A stretch of DNA of 64,000 nucleotides, from NCBI GenBank assembly GCA_963839295.1, contig CAWIUK010000010.1, forward strand, positions 305,511 through 369,510, in the 5' to 3' direction. This document shows positions 18,034-26,000 of this stretch, one piece after another. The position numbers were made by a program, and so were the translations under genes. The notes under the pieces are model-generated. The model saw only the letters and a program-made list of their open reading frames with translations. It did no database searches and was not told the origin of the DNA. This DNA is from an uncultured Acidobacteriota bacterium. Lineage in GTDB: Bacteria; Acidobacteriota; Thermoanaerobaculia; UBA5066. Position 1 is the first letter of the stretch, and every line of letters starts with the position of its first letter.

Positions 18034-18872
18034 TTCTTCTCCGGCGCCGTCTCGATCACGACCTTCGTCTTCGCGAGGAGGCGCGCGTAGAGCGCGTCGA
18101 GCTCGCGCGTCCTCCGGTCGGCGGTGAAGTCGCGTTCGACGGTCGCGCGGACGTCCGCGAGCGCGGGCGCGCGGCCGGGGGTCTTCTCGCGGACGAAGAC
18201 GGCGTGGACGCCGAAGCCGGACGGGACGGGCGCCGTCCAGTGGCCCGGCTCGAGGTTCGCGACGGCGTCGGCGAAGTCGGCGCCGAAGACTCGCGCGATC
18301 TCGCTCTTCGGGGCGAGCGGCATGTCGGGCGGAAGGAGCAGGCTGTCGCCGGCGGCGTCCGCGTCCGGTCCCCTCTTCTCGAGCGCGGCCGCGAGGCGCC
18401 GCGCCTCGGCCTCGGCGGCCGCGGGGCCGCCGCGCTTCTCGGGTGCGAGGCAGACCTGCCGGAACGAGACGCGCTCCTCGGCGCGGTAGAGGTCCGGATG
18501 GGCGGCGAGCCACGCGGCGAGGTCGGCGTCCGTCGGGGGCGCCGCGTCGATGCGGTCCTCGGCGAGGAAGTCGACCTTCTGTTTCAGGCGGCGCCGGATG
18601 ATCGTGTCGTCCCGGTCGAGGCCGGTCGCCATGGCTTCCCGGACGGCGATCTCCTCGCGCACCCAGCCGTCCACGAGGCCCTTCAGCTCGTCGGAGGTCG
18701 GCGACCGCTGCCACGTGCGCGCGAAGCCGGCGGCGAGGGACTCGAGGCGCGCGCGCGTCACGACGATGCGTCCGGACGACGCCGCCGGGCCTCCGCGGAG
18801 GGCGAAGAAGAGGAAGAGCGCGGCCCCGATCGCGAGGAAGTGGACGAGCGGCTCGCGCAAGAAGCGTCTCAT
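18030..18872 (-). CDS. Membrane-anchored PpiC/parvulin-like peptidyl-prolyl isomerase-like protein
   Basis: N-terminal TM helix and a SurA-N-like helical region. The C-terminal segment (HWTAPVPSGFGVHAVFVRE) resembles a parvulin fold. Confidence 0.5.
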   Translation of the reverse strand: MRRFLREPLVHFLAIGAALFLFFALRGGPAASSGRIVVTRARLESLAAGFARTWQRSPTSDELKGLVDGWVREEIAVREAMATGLDRDDTIIRRRLKQKVDFLAEDRIDAAPPTDADLAAWLAAHPDLYRAEERVSFRQVCLAPEKRGGPAAAEAEARRLAAALEKRGPDADAAGDSLLLPPDMPLAPKSEIARVFGADFADAVANLEPGHWTAPVPSGFGVHAVFVREKTPGRAPALADVRATVERDFTADRRTRELDALYARLLAKTKVVIETAPEKK

Positions 18873-18969
18873 GTGCGAAGGCGTATACCAGAACCGGGGC
18901 GCCCCGACGAGCGCCGGGGCGCGTCCATGCCCTCTCTACGGTGCCCGTCGGGCTGCCGGATCGGGACGC

Positions 18970-19506
18970 CTATTTCTTCGGCGGGTAGCCCGCGAACATC
19001 TGCGCCGCGACGTCGCGCAGCTTCTTCTCGCGGTCCTCGGCGGTGCGGTTCGGGTCGGTGTTGAGCGTGTCGCTCGCGACGCCGCGCCAGACGAGCTCCT
19101 TCTTCTTCGCGTCCACGAGGTCGATCATGAGCGTGCCGACGGGGATCTCGGTCACCGTCGTCGTCGCCATCCCCATGCCGCCGTAACCGTACCAGCCGTA
19201 GCCGTAGCCCCATCCGGTGTTGTAGGTGTTGATCTGCGTTTCCTTCGTGAGGCGCGGGTGCGCGGCGACCCAGAGGTCTCCGCCCGAGTCCACCTGCTTC
19301 AGGCCCTTTGCGGCGAGCGTGTCCGAGAACACGCCCTGGATGCGCTTGGTCCAGATCGAGTCGAATCCGTCGCCCGTGTCCTTCCACGTGAAGGTCTTGT
19401 ACGCGGTGAAGTCGGCGGCCTTGTCGTAGTCCGTCGAGATCGAGAGGGTCGAGCAGCCGACGGCGAGGGCCGCGGCCGCGAGGAGCAGGGTGAGGGCTCT
19501 TTTCAT
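18970..19506 (-). CDS. DUF4136 lipoprotein
   Basis: Lipobox LAVGC. STDYDKAADFTAYKTFTW motif and a Gly/Tyr/Trp-rich loop typical of DUF4136. ATGA overlap with the upstream gene. Confidence 0.7.
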   Translation of the reverse strand: MKRALTLLLAAAALAVGCSTLSISTDYDKAADFTAYKTFTWKDTGDGFDSIWTKRIQGVFSDTLAAKGLKQVDSGGDLWVAAHPRLTKETQINTYNTGWGYGYGWYGYGGMGMATTTVTEIPVGTLMIDLVDAKKKELVWRGVASDTLNTDPNRTAEDREKKLRDVAAQMFAGYPPKK

Positions 19507-20951
19507 CGTGTCGTCTCCTTTTGCCAGCGCTCGAGAATCTCACGGACGTCCGTGCCCGTGCCATTGCGGAAGATGTCGGGCAAGTCGCCGGTCCTGAAGG
19601 GCTGCGGCGTCCTCAGGAGCGCCCGGATCCCGTCTTTCAGGCTCCTCGCTCCGTTCGTGGCCGCGCGGATCCGCTCGTCCATCTCGGCGGCCATGAGCGC
19701 GCCCCGCGAGAACGTGCTCATGCCGAAGCGGAAATCGGCCGCGTAGAGGAACGAGGCGGATCGGGAAAGGTCGGCGAGCGGCATCTTCCGGATGAAAGGC
19801 GGCGCCTCGCCGAGGATCGCCTTCAGCCGCGCGAGCGTGCGGGCGCGGAACGCGGCGCCCTCGGCGGGCGGCATCCCGTCCGCGAGCGCCTGGACCGCTG
19901 CGTACCGGCCGAAGCCCTCGTTGAACCAGATCGTGTCCAGGACGGGCGGCGCCTCCCACGTGTACGGGGAATAGCCGGCGCCGTACGCGCGCTTGGGAAT
20001 CCAGCTGTGCGCCATGTGGTGTGCGTAGTTCACGAGCTTGCGGTCCCGCGCGTCCTCGCCCGTCTTCACCTCGATCGCAGGGTCGACGGAGAGGCTGAAC
20101 GTCCCGCTGTCGACGTGCTCCTGGCTGAAGCCGTAGCCGTGGCCCGCGAGCGGCCTGAGAAGCTCGAGCTGGACTGTGTACTGCCGGATCGGGACGTCGC
20201 CGAAGTAGGCCTGGACGCGGTCCAGCGCGGTGCGCGCGAGCGCGCTCTCGAGCGAGAGGTCGGCCTTGCCCTCGACGTAGGCCGCGAAAACGAGCGGGAT
20301 CGTGCCCGGGAGGCGCGAGAGCTTCATGTCCGGCCCCATGAGGACCTGAGAGTCCGCGAGCGTGTCGTAGTCGGGAGCCCGCGCAGAGGCCCTGCCGACG
20401 GGTGCGGGCACGGCGGGCGCGAGCGTCGGGAGGACGGGCCAGCCCTCCGGCGCGCGGACCTCGAGGGCGACCGGTCGCCGCTCCTCGCCGTCCACGTATC
20501 CGAAGACGGAGTACCCGAGGAAGCCCGCGTAACCCGGCCGGACTTTCGAGGTCGCGACGGCGTCGTGGATTCCGAGCTCCATCCGCGCCACGTCGACCTC
20601 GTAGGCCACGCGCGCGACGCTCTGGCCGGCCTTTCCGAGGGCCCAGCGGGGGCCGTACGCGTCGCGCGCGACGGCGAGAGCCGTTCCGTCCGGCGCGACG
20701 CCCGTCACGTGGTCGACCGTGCCGTCGTAGGGGACGAGCGAGTAGCCCCCGGGATAGCCACGCGGCATCACGAAGGCGGCCGGGGCCGCGACCGGAGAGG
20801 GGAGCGCGATCTCGATCCGGACGCGGCCCGAGGTCGCGGCGCCCGTCGCGTCGAGGGTGTACGCGACGCCGTCTTCCGCCTTCATGGAGCGCGGAGAGGC
20901 GACGAGGGAAATGGCGATGCCGAACGCGGCGGTGAACGCGCGGGCCCTCAC
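19503..20951 (-). CDS. M61/M1-like gluzincin peptidase homolog with HHxxH in place of HExxH
   Basis: GTGA overlap with the amidase stop, followed by a signal peptide. AHHMAHSWIPKR aligns to the M61 HEFFHSWNVKR motif, and a downstream WFNEGFGRY Glu ligand motif is present. Confidence 0.6.
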   Translation of the reverse strand: MRARAFTAAFGIAISLVASPRSMKAEDGVAYTLDATGAATSGRVRIEIALPSPVAAPAAFVMPRGYPGGYSLVPYDGTVDHVTGVAPDGTALAVARDAYGPRWALGKAGQSVARVAYEVDVARMELGIHDAVATSKVRPGYAGFLGYSVFGYVDGEERRPVALEVRAPEGWPVLPTLAPAVPAPVGRASARAPDYDTLADSQVLMGPDMKLSRLPGTIPLVFAAYVEGKADLSLESALARTALDRVQAYFGDVPIRQYTVQLELLRPLAGHGYGFSQEHVDSGTFSLSVDPAIEVKTGEDARDRKLVNYAHHMAHSWIPKRAYGAGYSPYTWEAPPVLDTIWFNEGFGRYAAVQALADGMPPAEGAAFRARTLARLKAILGEAPPFIRKMPLADLSRSASFLYAADFRFGMSTFSRGALMAAEMDERIRAATNGARSLKDGIRALLRTPQPFRTGDLPDIFRNGTGTDVREILERWQKETTR

Positions 20952-22357
20952 AGCGGCGGCCGCCTGCGATGCCACTCCGTCCGCGCCTGCACGGCGGTCC
21001 CGAGGGCGACGAGGCTCTCGTCCGAGAACGCGCGGCCCGTGAACTGGAACGCGGTCGGCAGGCCGTTCTCGCCGAAACCGTTCGGGACGACGAGCGCGGG
21101 CTGGCCGGCGAGGTTGCCGGCCGCGATGACGCCCGGCCCGCCGCTGATCCCGGGGTAGACCTTGTCGAAGTCGGGCCCGACCGGGTACGAGACGGTCGCG
21201 CGCGCTGGAGAGACGAGCGCGTCGAACCTCGCGTAGAGCGCGTCGAGCGCCTTCTTCATCGGCGCCCTCAGGCGCAGCGCCTGGATGTAGTCGACCGCGA
21301 GGACCATGGAGGCCGCGTAGCCGCCCCAGCGGTCGTTGGGGACCTTCAGCTCCTTCGCGCGAGAGCTCTCCACGAGGTCGCGGAACGCGCTCGCGCCCTC
21401 GGCCGAGACGATCGTCCCGACCGCCGGCCCGTAAGGGAAGTCCGGGAACTCGACGTCGGGGACGACGTCGCAGAACGTCCCGAGCACCTTCAGCGACTCC
21501 TCGAAGTTCTTCCGGACTTCGGGCTGCGCCTTCTCGAACGAGCCCTTGACGACGCCGACGCGCTGGCGCTTCGTCTTCGCGGCCGCCGGGGCGGGGCGGA
21601 ACGGGCGGTTCACGGACGTCGCGTCCTTCGGGTCCCGGCCCGCGATCGCGGCCATGACGAGACCGCAATCCTCGGCCGAGCGGCACATGGGGCCGAGCTT
21701 GTCGAGCGTCCAGCAGAGGGCCATCGCGCCGTGCCGGCTCACGCGGCCGTACGTGGGACGGAGTCCGGTCACGCCGCAGAACGCCGCGGGCGTGACGATG
21801 GAGCCCGACGTCTCGGACCCGATCGCGAACGCGACGAGGCCTGCGGCCGTGGCCGCGCCGGGTCCGGAGGACGAGCCCCCGGACCAGAAGTCCGTGTTCC
21901 ACGGCGTGCGGCCCGGACCGGTGAAGGACGCGTCCGCATTGTTGTAGCCGAAGCCGCCCGCGAGCTCGACCATCGCGAGCTTGGCGAGGAGGACGGCGCC
22001 GGCCTCGCGCAGCTTTGCGACGACCGTCGCGTCGAAATCGAAGACCTGGTCGCGGAAGGGCTGGGCGCCCCACGTCGTCGGGATCCCCTTCGTCGCGAGG
22101 AGGTCCTTCACGCCATACGGGATGCCGTGGAGCGGCCCTCTCCATTTCCCGGCGGCGATCTCGGCCTCCGCGGCCTTCGCCTCCCCCAGGGCGAGGTCGC
22201 GCGTGACGGTCACGACGGCCCCGAGCTTCGGCCCGAGCCGCTCGAGACGGTCCAGGTATCCGTCCGCGAGGGCGATCGGAGAGAGCTGCTTCGCCTTGAT
22301 CCTCTTCGACAGCTCTGCGACCGGGAGGAAGAAGACGTCTTCGGCGAGGGGCGCCAT
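20948..22357 (-). CDS. Amidase signature (GatA-like) family amidase, no signal peptide
   Basis: GGSSSGPGAATAAG and GSETSGSI amidase-signature motifs. 469 aa. Confidence 0.85.
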   Translation of the reverse strand: MAPLAEDVFFLPVAELSKRIKAKQLSPIALADGYLDRLERLGPKLGAVVTVTRDLALGEAKAAEAEIAAGKWRGPLHGIPYGVKDLLATKGIPTTWGAQPFRDQVFDFDATVVAKLREAGAVLLAKLAMVELAGGFGYNNADASFTGPGRTPWNTDFWSGGSSSGPGAATAAGLVAFAIGSETSGSIVTPAAFCGVTGLRPTYGRVSRHGAMALCWTLDKLGPMCRSAEDCGLVMAAIAGRDPKDATSVNRPFRPAPAAAKTKRQRVGVVKGSFEKAQPEVRKNFEESLKVLGTFCDVVPDVEFPDFPYGPAVGTIVSAEGASAFRDLVESSRAKELKVPNDRWGGYAASMVLAVDYIQALRLRAPMKKALDALYARFDALVSPARATVSYPVGPDFDKVYPGISGGPGVIAAGNLAGQPALVVPNGFGENGLPTAFQFTGRAFSDESLVALGTAVQARTEWHRRRPPL

Positions 22358-22725
22358 CAGCGGCCTCCCGGGCTTTCGGCGAAGAAGACGACGTCCGGCT
22401 CGTCCGCGTTCGTGAGCTTGACCTTCCTCATGGCCTCGGCGCCCCGGAGCCGGCCGTCCAGCGACTTCGCGATGTCGCCGAGCTGCTCGCCCGAAAGGTG
22501 CTTGCCCCAGCGGATCCGGACGACCTCCGTGAGGGCCTCGGCCACCGACGAGGGGGCCTCGGGCGTCGGGACGGGCGCCGGCGGGGGCGTCGCGGGCGGC
22601 GTCGCCGTGGCGGGCGCAGTGGCCTGACCGATGGCTGCAGCCGGGAGAAGCGCGGGAGCCGCGGCCGCCGCCGCGAGAGTCTTCGCGAACGCGCGCCGCG
22701 AGGTCCTGTGGGGGCGGTCGAGCAT
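22357..22725 (-). CDS. Small Tat-signal protein with GatC/AtzG-like C-terminal segment
   Basis: Twin-arginine motif TSRRAFAKTLAAAAAAPALL. The C-terminus LSGEQLGDIAKSLDGRLRGAEAMRKVKLTNADEPDVVF resembles GatC. Its stop shares 1 nt with the amidase ATG. Confidence 0.5.
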   Translation of the reverse strand: MLDRPHRTSRRAFAKTLAAAAAAPALLPAAAIGQATAPATATPPATPPPAPVPTPEAPSSVAEALTEVVRIRWGKHLSGEQLGDIAKSLDGRLRGAEAMRKVKLTNADEPDVVFFAESPGGR

Positions 22726-22768
22726 TTTCTTCGCCTCCTTCGTCGGAATTTCTTTTTTCGAATCTATC

Positions 22769-22797
22769 TTGATTCAGGGCCTCTCGCTCTCCATACT
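22769..22797 (+). promoter_or_regulatory. Sigma-70-like promoter candidate
   Basis: TTGATT, a 17-nt spacer, then CATACT, in an AT-enriched intergenic region about 10 nt upstream of the sORF ATG. Confidence 0.3.
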
Positions 22798-22806
22798 CCG
22801 CGCGTC

Positions 22807-22911
22807 ATGAAATCCCTCGCCGCCTCCGTCATCGCGTCGATCCTTACCGGGGATGGGGCCATTCGCCTCGTCCTCGTCAAGCGTACGCGGGCGAACGGGC
22901 GAGGGGATTAG
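22807..22911 (+). CDS. Candidate 34-aa hydrophobic small protein
   Basis: MKSLAASVIASILTGDGAIRLVLVKRTRANGRGD. Mostly GC-ending codons, a promoter-like element upstream and an intrinsic terminator downstream. Confidence 0.3.
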   Translation: MKSLAASVIASILTGDGAIRLVLVKRTRANGRGD

Positions 22912-22938
22912 CCGCAGAGAAGCGAACGGTAACCCCCC

Positions 22939-22970
22939 AAGCCCGCTCACCCGAGCGGGCTTTTTCGTTT
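22939..22970 (+). terminator. Rho-independent terminator
   Basis: AAGCCCGCTC-ACCC-GAGCGGGCTT, a 10-bp perfect stem followed by TTTCGTTT. Confidence 0.6.
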
Positions 22971-23006
22971 GCGGGGCACTAAGTAAGAAAGAGGGAAGGA
23001 GCCGGG

Positions 23007-26000
23007 ATGCCCGAGGGCCCGCAGGGACGACAGACGCGACGGCGGCTCTGGACGGACGGCGTGGACGCCGGCCGGAACCCGTACCGCGAGTACGACGCCT
23101 GCGGCGTCGGCTTCGTGGCGCACCCGCGTCAGTCGTCGCATCGCGTCCTGCGTCTCGCCCTCGGAGGGCTCTCCCGGGTGGCCCACCGCGGCGCCACCGG
23201 AAGCGACCGGACGGGCGACGGGGCCGGCATCCTGACGCGCATCCCCGAGCCCCTGCTCCGGCGGGACGCGGCACGGCGCGGGGCCCCGCTGCCCGACGGC
23301 GCGCCGGTCGGCGTCGGGGCGTTCTTCTTCCCGCGCGGCGCCGAGGAGAAGGCGGCCGCGGTCGTCGAGAAAACGCTCGCGGACGAGGGGCTCCCGTTCG
23401 CGGGCTGGCGCGACGTGCCCGTGCGGCTCGGCCGTCTCGGCGACTGGGCCGAGAAGACCCGCCCGTCCGTCCGCCACGCGCTCCTCGCGCCGCCCGCCGG
23501 CGCCGATGCCGACGAGTGGGAGCGCCGCCTCTACCTCGCGGGCCGCGTCGCGTCCCGCCGCGCGAAGGCCGAGGGCCTCGAGGGCTTCTGGGTGGTGTCC
23601 CTCTCGCACCGCACGGTCGTCTACAAGGCGCTCCTCACGGGCACGGAGCTCAAGTCCTTCTACCCGGACCTCGAGGACCCCGACTACGCGACGGGCGTCG
23701 CGGTCTTCCACCAGCGCTACTCGACGAACACGCTCCCGAGCTGGGCGCTCGCGCAGCCGTTCCACCTCCTCGCGCACAACGGCGAGATCAACACGCTCTG
23801 GGGCAACCGCAACGCGATGCGCGCGCGAGAGCCCGAGCTCTCTTCGCCGGTCTGGGGCGACCGCATCCGGCGCCTCCTGCCGGTCCTGACGGACGAGGGG
23901 AGCGACTCGACGAGCCTCGACGAGGCGCTCGAGCTCCTCGTGCGCTCCGGGCGCGACCCGCTGCACGCGCTCACGATGCTCGTCCCGGACGCGCCGCAGG
24001 GCCACCTGCCCGAGGCGCTCCGGGCGTTCTACGACTTCCACGCGGGCCTGATCGAGCCATGGGACGGCCCGGCGGCCGTCGCCTTCACGGACGGAATCGT
24101 CGCCGGCGCGCACCTCGACCGCTCGGGTCTGCGCCCCCTGCGCTGGAAGATCGCCGACGACGGGCACGTCGTCGCGGCGTCCGAGGCGGGCATCGTGGAT
24201 CTCGACCACGAGCACGTCGTCGCGAGCGGCCGCCTCGGCCCCGGAGAGACGATCGCCGTCGACACGGCGACCGGCGAGATCCTTCTCGACAAGGACGTGA
24301 AGGCGCGTCTCGCGTCGCGCCGCCCCTGGGCGGAATGGGCGAGCCGCCACGTCCGGCACGCGGCGCCCGCGCCGGGGCCTCGCGAGACCGTCTCGGAGGC
24401 CGAGCTCGCGCTCCGGCAGGCGGCGCACGGCTGGGGCGTCGAGGACCTGCGCTACGTCCTCGCGCCGTCGGCGGCGGGGCAGGAGCCCGTCTTCTCGATG
24501 GGCGACGACGCGCCGATGCCGCCGCTCTCGAAGTCGCCGCAGCCTCTCTACGCGTTCTTCCGCCAGCGTTTCGCGCAGGTCACGAACCCGCCCATCGACT
24601 CGCTGCGCGAGACGGCCGTGATGTCGCTGCGCATGGACCTCGGGAAGGGCGGCTCGCTCCTGCTCGAGGAGCCGGGCGACGCGCACTTCCTGAGTCTCGA
24701 GCACCCCGTCCTCCTCGAGGACGACGTCGCCGCGATCCGCGCCGCCGCCGATTTCCGGCCCTGCGTCCTCGACGCCACGTTCGACGCCGCGTCCGGAGCC
24801 GCGGGGCTCGTCCTCGCCCTCGACGCGCTCGCCGCCCGGGCCGAGGAGGCCGTGCGCGCGGGGTCGGAAATCCTCGTCATCACGGACAGGGGGATGACGA
24901 GAGAGCGCGCGGCGGTCCCGGCGCTCCTCGCGCTCGGCGCCGTGCGCGAGCACCTCCTGCGCGCGGGGCTCCGCTACCGCGTCGGCCTCGTCGTCGAGGC
25001 GGGCGACGCGCGTGACGTTCACCATTTCGCGGTCCTGCACGGCTTCGGGGCCGAGGCGGTCCACCCGTGGCTCGCGCTCGCCTCCGTCCGCGCGCTCGCG
25101 GCGAAGGACGGGATCGAGGGCGACGCGGCCGCCGCGTTCCGCGCCTCGGCGGAGAAGGGCCTGCGCAAGGTTCTCGCGAAGATGGGGATCTCGGCCCTGT
25201 CGTCGTACTGCGGCGGACAGGTCTACGACGCGCTCGGCCTCTCTCCCGAGGTCATGGAGAAGTGCTTCCGCGGCACGGCGTCGCCGTTGGGCGGCCTCGG
25301 CTTCGCCGAGATCGCCGAAGACGTCCTCGCCGTGCACCGCGCGGCGTTCGACGGCACGGCGCTGCCCGACCACGGCCGCGTGCGCTACCGCAAGGACGCC
25401 GAGGAGCACGCGTGGGCGCCGCCGGTCGTCGTTTCCCTCCAGAAGGCCGCGAAGGGCTCGGAGGAGGCGTGGGCGGAGTTCCGGGCGAAGGCGGACGCCC
25501 GCGCGCCGTCCGTCCCGCGCGACCTGCTCGGTTTCAGCCCGCGCCAGCCCGTTCAGGTCGAGGAGGTCGAGTCCGCCTCTGAGATCGTGAAGCGCTTCAT
25601 CGTCTCGGCGATGTCGCTCGGGGCGCTCTCGCCCGAGGCGCACGAGACGCTCGCGGTCGCGATGAACCGCCTCGGCGCGCGGTCGAACTCCGGCGAGGGC
25701 GGCGAGGACCCCGCGACGTGGACGGGCTCCGGCGCCGAGCGGAAGGACAACAGGATCAAGCAGGTGGCCTCGGCGCGCTTCGGGGTCACGGCAGAGTACC
25801 TCGTCCGCGCCGACGAGCTGGAGATCAAGATCGCCCAGGGCGCCAAGCCCGGCGAGGGGGGGCAGCTCCCCGCACACAAGAACTCTCCGCTCATCGCGCG
25901 CCTGAGGCACGCCGTGCCCGGCATCGCCCTCATCTCGCCGCCGCCGCACCACGACATCTACTCGATCGAGGACCTCGCGCAGCTCATCCACGACCTGAAG

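Noticed and set aside
18885-18935. Direct repeat CCGGGGCGC(C) ... GCCGGGGCGCG in the intergenic region after the DUF4136 gene
   Set aside because: It is a short GC-only repeat easily produced by composition, and no convincing stem-loop or further copies were seen.
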